A stretch of 48,244 nucleotides of DNA from Elusimicrobia bacterium CG08_land_8_20_14_0_20_51_18. GTDB lineage: Bacteria > Elusimicrobiota > Elusimicrobia > Elusimicrobiales > UBA9959. The position numbers were made by a program, and so were the translations under genes. The notes under the pieces are model-generated. The model was given only the letters and a program-made list of their open reading frames with translations, was not told where the DNA came from and ran no database searches. Every line of letters starts with the position of its first letter. Positions within the stretch are counted from its first letter, which is position 1. The stretch is taken from positions 1 through 48,244 of the forward strand of contig PEXN01000105.1 of assembly GCA_002774685.1 (NCBI GenBank). The letters are read 5' to 3'. This document shows, in pieces, positions 16,359-24,432 of the stretch.

Positions 16359-16919
16359 ATGAAAAAAAAGACACTGACAATTTGCGCCATGCTGGCGGCC
16401 GCTATGGCCTTTTTAGCTGCCGGCTGCAAGGAAAAAGAAGCCGTGGAAACGGTAAAACAGGAAACCGCGCTGGAAACTCCCGCCCCGGGAGGCGCCCCGG
16501 CCGGATACGCGAAAACCGGTTACTATTTCAAGCTCCCGAATTACAAAGGCGGGGATGTAGACCTCGAAACTTACGCCGGCAAGCCCGTCCTTGTCATGTT
16601 CTTCACCGAAAACTGCCCCTATTGCAGAAAGGCGGCGCCTTTCATAAATTCGGTACATGAAAAATACGCCTCCAAAGGGCTTCCCGTCATAGGGATCTCG
16701 GTAAGGGACGGGGCGGAGAGCGCGCGCGGTTTCGCGGAAGATTTTAATCTTAAATTCGATCTGGCCTACAAGGGAGGGCCGGTTTCCAGGAAATACGGCA
16801 TACAGGGCGTTCCTTTCATCTATCTGCTGGACAAAAACCATGAGCGGATAAAAACCTGGCCGGGCTACGACGAGAGCTACGACGCGGATATAGAGGCGAA
16901 AATCCAGAAAGTCATATGA
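16359..16919 (+). CDS. TlpA-like thiol:disulfide oxidoreductase lipoprotein
   Basis: Lipobox LAAGC and thioredoxin-fold CxxC (NCPYC). AGGAGA SD. Confidence 0.8.
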   Translation: MKKKTLTICAMLAAAMAFLAAGCKEKEAVETVKQETALETPAPGGAPAGYAKTGYYFKLPNYKGGDVDLETYAGKPVLVMFFTENCPYCRKAAPFINSVHEKYASKGLPVIGISVRDGAESARGFAEDFNLKFDLAYKGGPVSRKYGIQGVPFIYLLDKNHERIKTWPGYDESYDADIEAKIQKVI

Positions 16920-18043
16920 GCGTAAAAATACTAAAGGGCAGCATAATTTTCAATACGGCTTTCGACGTAGGCTGGGAGATAAACCTGGCGAAAGTCGAGG
17001 AGACCCTTCTTTCCGCGGAAAAGAAAAGCTCCAGGTTCAGGTTCTCCAAGGACCCCCGTAAAGCCATAATAATAAAGGAAGCCCCGATAAAGATAGACCT
17101 GCCGCAGGAAGAAATAACCATTTTGGGTAAAAAATACAAGACCTCCGTCTATTCCAGGGTCTGGGATTACGGGGTGATTTCCATAAACCTGGAGATCCCG
17201 ATAGAAACCGGTTCTTCCTGGGAAGAGCTGGTGAACATCGCCGGCACGCTGGAAACCGATCCCGAAATAGAGAAACTCTCCATAAGGCTTAAGGACAACC
17301 TGAAGGCCAGTATAATAAACCACATAAAAAACCCGCAGGAATGGGATTATTTCGAGGACTACATAACCTATTTTCTGGAAGGCCTGGACGGCGTCTCCAA
17401 ACCCCTGGAGCTTTTTGAAAAAGCCGACATCGCGGCGCTTATCCTCGGGGAGAACGAACACAAGCTTTCCACGATGTCCTCCCTCCCGATAACCGACAAT
17501 TATATACAGTACTACGATGACGACCTGGCCATAATAGACTGGAACAGCGCCGTCCTCATAGAGCCGTCGGGAAACAGGGACGTGGCCGACGTGATAGAAT
17601 TTTCCCTTACGCATCTCCTGGAGCTAAGGTATTACGATTACATGATAGACAAAAAACTGGACGAGCTTTACGACATCATAAACGGGGAGAACAAGGGCCT
17701 GAAAAGGGTAATCAAGACCCATTATGAAAAGATAGCCAGGGAATCCAGCCAGAATTATGTGGATTTCTCCGATTTCACCGCCAAGGTGGAAAACTCGCTT
17801 AAGACCGTGGGCGATCCTTACGTGGCCACGGTGTTCAGGTCCTGCGCAGAACAGTTCAGGTTCGACGACTGGTACCAGTCCATTTCGAGAAAAATGAACA
17901 CCCTTTTCCAGATAACCCAGATATTCCAGGGGGAGATCACGGCGATAAGAAGCCACCTGCTGGAAATAATAATCATACTCCTGATAGCGCTGGAACTGAT
18001 TCCGCTGGGCTGGCAGTTAATGGACTATTTTTTCCCGCGCTGA
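16916..18043 (+). CDS. DUF155/RMD1-like protein with C-terminal TM helix
   Basis: ATGA overlap with the upstream gene. The C-terminal segment RSHLLEIIIILLIALELIPLGW resembles the conserved RMD1/DUF155 terminal helix. The rest matches only weakly from memory. Confidence 0.45.
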   Translation: MSVKILKGSIIFNTAFDVGWEINLAKVEETLLSAEKKSSRFRFSKDPRKAIIIKEAPIKIDLPQEEITILGKKYKTSVYSRVWDYGVISINLEIPIETGSSWEELVNIAGTLETDPEIEKLSIRLKDNLKASIINHIKNPQEWDYFEDYITYFLEGLDGVSKPLELFEKADIAALILGENEHKLSTMSSLPITDNYIQYYDDDLAIIDWNSAVLIEPSGNRDVADVIEFSLTHLLELRYYDYMIDKKLDELYDIINGENKGLKRVIKTHYEKIARESSQNYVDFSDFTAKVENSLKTVGDPYVATVFRSCAEQFRFDDWYQSISRKMNTLFQITQIFQGEITAIRSHLLEIIIILLIALELIPLGWQLMDYFFPR

Positions 18044-19207
18044 TCAATCCGGAAAATACCTTTTTACTTTCGCGGAAAATTCCGATAAATATTTTTTGGG
18101 GAGATTCGAGATGGCCTTGTATTTCATTTTCAGGTAGTTGATAAATTTCCCGTTCTGCCTTATTCTGAAATCCAAATGCGGGCCCGTGGAAATCCCGGTG
18201 GAGCCGACATAGCCTATCACCTGGCCCTGCGACACTCTCCTCCCGGTTCTCAGCCCTCTCGCGTACCTGGAAAGGTGACCGTAACTGGTGATATACCCGG
18301 ACGAATGTTTTACCTCTATAAAATTCCCGTAGCCGCCTTTCCAGCCCTTCCAGACCACCGTCCCGTCAGCTACGGAAGAAACCGGAGTACCGGTGCCGGC
18401 GGCGTAATCTATGCCCAGGTGGGGCCTGACGTATTTCAAGACCGGGTGATACCTTTTCAGGGTAAAGCGGGAGGAGATGCGCCTGTAACTGAGGGGGGCC
18501 CGCAAAAACATGCTCCTAGCCCCTTCGCCGTTCTCGTTATAATAATTTCCTTTAAATTCCACGGCTATTTTCCGGCCGGCCTCCGAACCTTCATACATCG
18601 CGGCGGTTATTTTCTGGGAAATTATCCGGCCATTTTTGGTCTTTTCTATTTCGTAAAAAACCCTGAATTTGTCGCCGGCGCGGACTTCGGTGAGAAAATC
18701 CACGGTCCAGGCGAATATATCGGTAAAATCCAGTATGGTCTCGGCCGGCACGTCTTCCGAAGACATGGCTTCCCAAAGGTTATCCTTTATTTTCCCGGAA
18801 GCCTCGTAGGAAACGGCGTCGACCGGGACCGCCGTCTCGGAAAAGGAATATTTGCCTTCCTTTTTGAAAACGGAATAATTTTTCGTTCCTTTTTCTATGG
18901 TTATATATTTAAAATCGGCGGAAGAGAAGGCGATGGCGTAGGAATCCCTTTCACCCAGCTTTCTGAAATCTATTTTTCCGGTAAAGGCCTTTATGACGCC
19001 CCTTTTATCGGTTTCCGAAACGCCGCATTCTTCCAGTTCCTGTTCCAGGACGCCGGAAAAAGTGCCGGTCGAGTAGGAAATGCCGCTGAAGAGCTGGAAA
19101 TCCAGCGGCTTACCGGTCTTCAGAACGTTATAAAAAAAGATCAAAGACAGAGCCAGCACGGGGAAACCCGCGAGATATATAAAAAGCCTTTTCTTAAAAT
19201 CTCTCAT
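18044..19207 (-). CDS. M23 family peptidoglycan metallopeptidase, membrane-anchored
   Basis: HLGIDYAAGTGTPV (HxxxD) and GSTGISTGPHLDFRI. The usual HxH reads H-L-D here. Confidence 0.85.
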   Translation of the reverse strand: MRDFKKRLFIYLAGFPVLALSLIFFYNVLKTGKPLDFQLFSGISYSTGTFSGVLEQELEECGVSETDKRGVIKAFTGKIDFRKLGERDSYAIAFSSADFKYITIEKGTKNYSVFKKEGKYSFSETAVPVDAVSYEASGKIKDNLWEAMSSEDVPAETILDFTDIFAWTVDFLTEVRAGDKFRVFYEIEKTKNGRIISQKITAAMYEGSEAGRKIAVEFKGNYYNENGEGARSMFLRAPLSYRRISSRFTLKRYHPVLKYVRPHLGIDYAAGTGTPVSSVADGTVVWKGWKGGYGNFIEVKHSSGYITSYGHLSRYARGLRTGRRVSQGQVIGYVGSTGISTGPHLDFRIRQNGKFINYLKMKYKAISNLPKKYLSEFSAKVKRYFPD

Positions 19208-20679
19208 CAGCAGTAAAGGTATTCCTCGACTATTTTTTTGATGTCCTCTTCTTTCCCGTAAAGTTTCTCGCTGAGGTTCTTATCGCCGTAACTCCTCAGC
19301 CTTTTAACCAGCCCGTCTATCACCGGCTGGGGGAAAACCCCTCCCTTCTCGTAAACCTCGCGATCCTTCAAAAGTTCGTCGGCGGATTCGGCGCAGGAGG
19401 CGGGCAGGGAAGGGAACTTCTCCCTGATTTCCAGGTTTTCCTTGCGGAAAACATTCCTATCGATGAAATGTTCCTCGGCGTAATTCACCGAATCCTTCAT
19501 TTCAAAGCCGTGGGCTGCCGCCATGACCAGGCCCGAAAGCAGGAGATAAATATTGGCCGAACCGTCGGCCGACCTGAATTCCACGGTCTGGTTGCCCTCG
19601 TATCCGGTTCTTTTTTTGACCTGGGGATTCATATCCGCGACCATGTCCTTTTCCAGATTCCAGCCGAGCGGAACCCTGACCAGAGCCGACCTGTTCCTGT
19701 ATCCCCAGCATACGTTTATGGGCGCTTCCTGGTGGGGGACCAGCCTCAGGTAGGAGGTGGGCACGGTATTGCCGAAAGCCGTAAGAGAGCGGGCTGATTT
19801 CAGCCAGCCGGCTATAACCTTTTTTGCCTCGTCGGAAAGGTTCTTGTTCTTCAGCATTACGTTCTTCCCGTTCTTCGCCAGACAGGCGTGTATATGGAAA
19901 CCGGAGCCGGCGTGGCCTACGGATATCTTCGGGGCGAAGGTTATTACGACGCCGTATTTGTAGCCCAGGGAGGAAAGTATCCACCTGGACACGACTATCT
20001 CCTCCGCCGATTTCAGGAGCGGCTGGGGCAGAAATTCTATCTCGTGCTGGCTCATTTCCTGCTCCTCCGTCCTTATGAAGCCGACCTCGCTGTGCGCGTA
20101 TTTTATATGCCCTCCGCAGCGGTCTATAAGGTTGGCGGCTTCCACCCGGAGGAATTCCCATTTATTGAAAGGGGCGCTTTCATGATACCCTTTCTGGGCT
20201 ATGGCCGGGTAAAGCGCGTTTTTGGGGGAGATCACGTAATATTCCAGCTCGCCCAAGGCCTTCATTTCAAGGCCGGCGGAATCGCGGAATCTCTTGTCGG
20301 CCTTTTTAAGGATATTGTCGGGGGAACTGGCGAAAGGGTTGCCGTCCTTGTCGTAAAAACCGCAAATGACGTCCATGGCCGGGATCTGGGAAAAAGGGTT
20401 GATGAAAACGCTGGAATATCTCGGGACGACATAAAGGTCGCTGGAGGAGGCGTCTATGCTCCTGAAAAGGCTGGAACCGTCCGCCCTCTCGCCGCAGGAC
20501 AGTATCTTGTCCAGGTATTTCGGGTCGTTTACGGTGAAATTCAGGGTTTTGAGCCTGCCGTCGCCGGCCACATATCTGAAATTAAAGATCTCCACTCCGT
20601 TGGCTTTGGCGAATTTCAGCAGGTCTTCTCTGGTGAAGCTTCTGGCGTCCTTATTAAGCGCTTTTTCGATCAGGTTCAT
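19207..20679 (-). CDS. glnA: Glutamine synthetase family protein
   Basis: GS catalytic-domain motifs GSGFHIH and NRSALVRVP. AAGGAG SD (complement of 20687-20692) lies inside repeat copy A. Confidence 0.8.
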   Translation of the reverse strand: MNLIEKALNKDARSFTREDLLKFAKANGVEIFNFRYVAGDGRLKTLNFTVNDPKYLDKILSCGERADGSSLFRSIDASSSDLYVVPRYSSVFINPFSQIPAMDVICGFYDKDGNPFASSPDNILKKADKRFRDSAGLEMKALGELEYYVISPKNALYPAIAQKGYHESAPFNKWEFLRVEAANLIDRCGGHIKYAHSEVGFIRTEEQEMSQHEIEFLPQPLLKSAEEIVVSRWILSSLGYKYGVVITFAPKISVGHAGSGFHIHACLAKNGKNVMLKNKNLSDEAKKVIAGWLKSARSLTAFGNTVPTSYLRLVPHQEAPINVCWGYRNRSALVRVPLGWNLEKDMVADMNPQVKKRTGYEGNQTVEFRSADGSANIYLLLSGLVMAAAHGFEMKDSVNYAEEHFIDRNVFRKENLEIREKFPSLPASCAESADELLKDREVYEKGGVFPQPVIDGLVKRLRSYGDKNLSEKLYGKEEDIKKIVEEYLYC

Positions 20680-20686
20680 AAAAGAC

Positions 20687-20789
20687 TCCTTAATTAACGG
20701 CAGATCAAGATTAAGACTGAGTAAGTTTAGAGTTTAGAGTTCTCTAAACCACGTTGCTCTAAACTAAGTTGCTCTAAACTAAATTGCGG
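20687..20789 (-). repeat. Intergenic repeat family, copy A (short form; functional orientation is the minus strand, toward glnA)
   Basis: Shares CTCAGnCTTAATCTTGATCTGCCGTTAATyAAGGAG, CTCTAAACTCTAAAC and 15-nt units with copies B and C. It has three tandem 15-mers on the plus strand at 20742-20756, 20757-20771 and 20772-20786 (CTCTAAAC + 7 nt). Confidence 0.8.
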
Positions 20790-20863
20790 AAATTATATTT
20801 TAAGTATATCAAATTTTTCAGGCTTTTCAGGAACGGAGCACGAGTTAAAATAGCCCGTTTGGA

Positions 20864-20893
20864 TTGACTTTAAGGTGTGTTAAATTTTATAAT
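20864..20893 (+). promoter_or_regulatory. rpsO promoter TTGACT-N18-TATAAT
   Basis: -35 at 20864-20869 and -10 at 20888-20893, leaving a 5' UTR of about 45 nt before the ATG at 20943. Confidence 0.55.
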
Positions 20894-20942
20894 ATACTTA
20901 ACAATAGAAACATTAAAACCAAAAAAGAGAGTGTGAAAAACG

Positions 20943-21212
20943 ATGACAATGACAAAAGCAAAGAAAAAAGAAGTTATTGAGAAGGTTTCGGCCGGGCCGA
21001 ACGACACGGGCTCCAGCTCGTCGCAGGTAGCCCTGCTCACCGAAAGAATACAGTACCTTTCAAAACATCTTACCAACAACCCGAAAGATAACTCCTCCAA
21101 AAGGGGCCTTTCATTGCTCATTTCCAAGAGAAAGAGCCTTCTTTCTTACTTGGAAAGGACAAACAAAGAAGAATATCAGAAGCTGATAAAGCAATTAGGC
21201 TTAAGGAAATAA
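20943..21212 (+). CDS. rpsO: 30S ribosomal protein S15
   Basis: GSSSSQVALLTERIQYLSKHL... is the typical S15 sequence. 89 aa. Confidence 0.95.
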   Translation: MTMTKAKKKEVIEKVSAGPNDTGSSSSQVALLTERIQYLSKHLTNNPKDNSSKRGLSLLISKRKSLLSYLERTNKEEYQKLIKQLGLRK

Positions 21213-21218
21213 AAATAT

Positions 21219-23336
21219 ATGAAATCCAACAACTTAGTCCACTTCGAAGAGAAGGTGGGAAGAGACTTAATTTCGTTAGAAACCGGAGTACTCGCCAAAC
21301 AGGCGAACGGCGCCGTAGTCTTGAAACTCGGCGATAACGTCATACTGGCGGCCTGCACCCAGGCCGGCAAACCGAGGACGGCGCCTCCCGAATTCGTTCC
21401 CTTGACGGTCGAATACAAGGAAAGGACCTACGCGGCCGGAAAGATCCCGGGTGGCTTCTTCAAAAGGGAAGGCAAAGCCAGAGAAAAAGAAGTTATCTCG
21501 GCGAGGCTCACCGACAGGTCCATAAGGCCTCTTTTCCCGGAATATTACAACACCGAAACGCAGGTGGTGCTCATGGTGCTTTCCAGCGACGGCGCCATAG
21601 AACCCGGCGTCCTCGCCATAAACGCGGCCTCGGCGGCGCTCATGATCTCCGACATCCCCTTCAAAGGGCCCGTCAGCGCGGTCAGAATCGCCAAGGTCAA
21701 CGGGGAATACGTGATAAACCCGACTTTCGAGGAAAGGAAAACGGCGGAACTCGAACTCGTGGTCTCCGGAACCCTCGAAGGCGTGCTCATGGTCGAAGGC
21801 GGCGGAAAAGAGATCCCCAACGAAGAACTCATAAAGGCGATCGAAGCGGCCAAGATAGAGATAAACAAACTCTGCAAGGCCCAGGTAGAACTGGCCAAGC
21901 TGTCCAACAAGCCCAAAATAGAGGTGGTAAAACCCGAAATGAAATCGGAAATAGCCGAAGACCTGCAGGCCAATGCCAAGAAAGACATAGAAAAAGTTCT
22001 CAACGCCTTCCCGGACAAGAAAACCATGGAAGCGGGGCTTTCGGCCATCCAGGAAGCCATGATAAAGAAATACCAGGAGAAATACCCGGAAGACGCGACC
22101 ATAGCCTACCAGGTCAAAACCCTGATGAACGACGTCATCTACGACGTTTCCAGGGACATAGTCCTCAATAAGAAGGTCAGGACCGACGGCAGGAAATACG
22201 ACGAGATCAGGGCCATAAGCATCCAGACCGGCTATCTTCCCAGGACCCACGGCTCGGCCGTTTTTACCAGGGGCCAGACCCAGGCCATAGCGGCCACGAC
22301 CCTCGGCACCCAGGACGACCAGCAGATACTGGACGACCTGGAAGGCAGGAGCATGGACAGGTTCATGCTGCACTACAACTTCCCCGGTTTTTCCACCGGC
22401 GAAGTGAAGCCGGACAGAGGCCCCAGCAGAAGGGAAATAGGCCACGGACATCTCGCCAAGAGAGCCCTTTCTTACCTGCTTCCCGATGAGGCCGACTTCT
22501 CCTATACCATAAGGATAGTTTCCGACATCCTGGAATCCAACGGTTCCTCCTCCATGGCCACCGTCTGCGGCGGTTCGCTCTCATTGTTCGACGCCGGCGT
22601 GCCGATGAAAGGCGCCTGCTCGGGCATAGCGATGGGACTCATAACCGGCAAGAATAAACACGCCGTCCTTTCCGATATAGCCGGTCTCGAGGACCATTTC
22701 GGAGACATGGATTTCAAGCTCGCCGGTTCACGGAAAGGCATCACCGCCTTCCAGATGGACGTAAAGCTTGCCAGCGGCATTCCGATGGACATCCTTAAGG
22801 AAGCCATCGAACAGGCGGCGCGGGGAAGGAATCATATCCTGGACCTCATGGAAAAAGCGCTTCCCGCGCCAAAAACCGATCTTTCCGCTTACGCGCCCAA
22901 GATGGTGAAAGTGGCCATACCTAAAGACAAAATAGGCGCTTTCATCGGACCCGGCGGAAAAAACATAAAAGCCGTGATAGAGAAAACCCAGGCCAATATA
23001 GAAGTCAATGACGACGGCATGGTTTTCATTTCGAGCCCCGACCAGGCCAGCGTAGACATGGCGAAGAAGATAGTGGAGCAGTTCGCCATGGAAGTCGAAG
23101 TGGGCAAGGTTTACAAGGGCAAGGTCGTGAACATAGTGGAATTCGGAGCTTTCGTGGAAGTCCTTCCCGGAAAGGAAGGTCTGCTGCACATCTCCGAAGT
23201 CGACCTGAAGAGGATAAACAGAGTGGAAGATGTGCTGAAACTCGGAGACGAAATAGACGTAAAAGTGATAAACATGGAAAACTCCGGCAGGTTCAAGCTC
23301 TCCAGGAAAGTCCTCCTGCAGGCCAAGCGCGACTAA
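21219..23336 (+). CDS. pnp: Polyribonucleotide nucleotidyltransferase (PNPase)
   Basis: Two RNase PH domains, a KH domain (IGAFIGPGGKNIKAV) and an S1 domain (GKVVNIVEFGAFVEVLPGKEGLLHISE). It starts 6 nt after rpsO. Confidence 0.97.
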   Translation: MKSNNLVHFEEKVGRDLISLETGVLAKQANGAVVLKLGDNVILAACTQAGKPRTAPPEFVPLTVEYKERTYAAGKIPGGFFKREGKAREKEVISARLTDRSIRPLFPEYYNTETQVVLMVLSSDGAIEPGVLAINAASAALMISDIPFKGPVSAVRIAKVNGEYVINPTFEERKTAELELVVSGTLEGVLMVEGGGKEIPNEELIKAIEAAKIEINKLCKAQVELAKLSNKPKIEVVKPEMKSEIAEDLQANAKKDIEKVLNAFPDKKTMEAGLSAIQEAMIKKYQEKYPEDATIAYQVKTLMNDVIYDVSRDIVLNKKVRTDGRKYDEIRAISIQTGYLPRTHGSAVFTRGQTQAIAATTLGTQDDQQILDDLEGRSMDRFMLHYNFPGFSTGEVKPDRGPSRREIGHGHLAKRALSYLLPDEADFSYTIRIVSDILESNGSSSMATVCGGSLSLFDAGVPMKGACSGIAMGLITGKNKHAVLSDIAGLEDHFGDMDFKLAGSRKGITAFQMDVKLASGIPMDILKEAIEQAARGRNHILDLMEKALPAPKTDLSAYAPKMVKVAIPKDKIGAFIGPGGKNIKAVIEKTQANIEVNDDGMVFISSPDQASVDMAKKIVEQFAMEVEVGKVYKGKVVNIVEFGAFVEVLPGKEGLLHISEVDLKRINRVEDVLKLGDEIDVKVINMENSGRFKLSRKVLLQAKRD

Positions 23337-23340
23337 AAGC

Positions 23341-23502
23341 AGGTTAAGCGTTAGATTAAGGTTGAGAGAACAGTAATTTAGTTTAGAGTAATTTAGTTCA
23401 AAGTAATTTAGTTTGGAGCAACTTGGCAAAACAGCTCTAAACTCTAAACTTTAAACTCTAAACTTTCTCAGCCTTAATCTTGATCTGCCGTTAATCAAGG
23501 AG
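23341..23502 (+). repeat. Intergenic repeat family, copy B (long form; faces accB)
   Basis: The core 23381-23449 is the exact reverse complement of 24281-24349. It has three 15-nt direct units at 23373-23417 and CTCTAAAC at 23435, 23442 and 23456. It ends with the accB SD AAGGAG at 23497-23502. Confidence 0.9.
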
Positions 23503-23507
23503 ATCTT

Positions 23508-23999
23508 ATGAAAAAAACCAAGAATCCGAACGGACCCGCCGCCTTAAACGACGTAAAGAAATTTTACGATTTCATGACTTCCAACAAGCTGGAAGTCCTT
23601 GAATTTTCCCAGGGGGAAACTTACATAAAGCTGGTAAGGAAGAACGCCCAGCCGATAAACGCACACCCCATCCCCGTTTTTACCAGCAACATGCCCGCCA
23701 TGCAGATCCCCCAGAGAGGCCAGCAGGGCGGCGTACAGCAGGCTCCCCAGGCTCCGGCCGGCGAGACGATAAAATCGCCGATGTCAGGAATCTTTTACCG
23801 GGCGCCGAGCCCGTCGAGCCCGCCCTATGTCCGGGAGGGCGACACCGTAAAGCGGGGTCAGGTGCTCTGCATAGTGGAAGCCATGAAAGTTTTCAACGAG
23901 ACAAAGGCGGATTTCGACTTCAAGGTGCTCAAAGTCCTGGTGGAAAACGGCAAGGCCCTGACGCTTAATCAGGATATCTTTCTGATAGAGAGGATCTGA
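23508..23999 (+). CDS. accB: Biotin carboxyl carrier protein (biotinyl-domain protein)
   Basis: C-terminal biotinyl domain with CIVEAMKVFNE (the EAMK biotinylation motif), a Pro/Ala/Gln linker and a BCCP-like N-domain. No accC is adjacent. Confidence 0.85.
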   Translation: MKKTKNPNGPAALNDVKKFYDFMTSNKLEVLEFSQGETYIKLVRKNAQPINAHPIPVFTSNMPAMQIPQRGQQGGVQQAPQAPAGETIKSPMSGIFYRAPSPSSPPYVREGDTVKRGQVLCIVEAMKVFNETKADFDFKVLKVLVENGKALTLNQDIFLIERI

Positions 24000-24214
24000 T
24001 GCAGGAAAATTTTTCCGAAGTCGTGTCGCAAAACGCCGAAAAAATAATCGGCCTCCTGAAGAACGCGCCGGCGGCCAATTCCTGGGACATAAAACTCAAG
24101 CTGAAACTCTCCAGCTCCAATCTTTATCTGGCGCTCGGCTACCTTATCTCGGCAAATAAAATAACGATTTTTCCGGACGACCTCAATTACAAAATAAAAC
24201 TGAACCAGGAATAA
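23999..24214 (+). CDS. Small winged-helix protein (DUF2582-like)
   Basis: 71 aa with a TGATG overlap with accB. The segment NSWDIKLKLKLSSSNLYLALGYLISANKI resembles the DUF2582 wHTH family. Confidence 0.5.
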   Translation: MQENFSEVVSQNAEKIIGLLKNAPAANSWDIKLKLKLSSSNLYLALGYLISANKITIFPDDLNYKIKLNQE

Positions 24215-24248
24215 ATCCGGGGCGCCGTGAGAAGTTGTCCCAGCCGGG

Positions 24249-24411
24249 TTAACGGCAAATTAAGACTGGGATACAGGAAAGTTTAGAGTTTAGAGCTGTT
24301 TTGCCAAGTTGCTCCAAACTAAATTACTTTGAACTAAATTACTCTAAACCAAGTTGCTCTAAACTGAATTACTGTTTTCTCAACCTTAAGCTAATCCGTC
24401 GCTTAATCTGC
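24249..24411 (-). repeat. Intergenic repeat family, copy C (long form; inverted relative to B, same orientation as A)
   Basis: The core 24281-24349 is the reverse complement of 23381-23449 (69/69). The flanks are imperfect, and the terminal leader/SD segment is degenerate (CTTAATTTGCCGTTAACCC). Confidence 0.9.
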
Positions 24412-24432
24412 TTTATTAACAGGAGTGGGACG

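Noticed and set aside
22728-23429. ORF 22728..23429 (-) and the first 44 codons of ORF 24301..26721 (+), both starting MPSCSKLNYFELNYSK...
   Set aside because: The identical N-termini are translations of the two arms of the inverted repeat. The minus ORF is otherwise antisense to pnp. ftsK has a proper AGGAG-ATG start at 24433.
20720-24400. GTTTAGAG / GTTTAGAGCTG... repeats as a CRISPR array or a Cas9-type repeat:anti-repeat (tracrRNA-like) pair
   Set aside because: The units are 15 nt with no unique spacers between them, there are only 3-4 per locus, and no cas genes occur in the window. The resemblance to GTTTTAGAGCTA is limited to about 9 nt.
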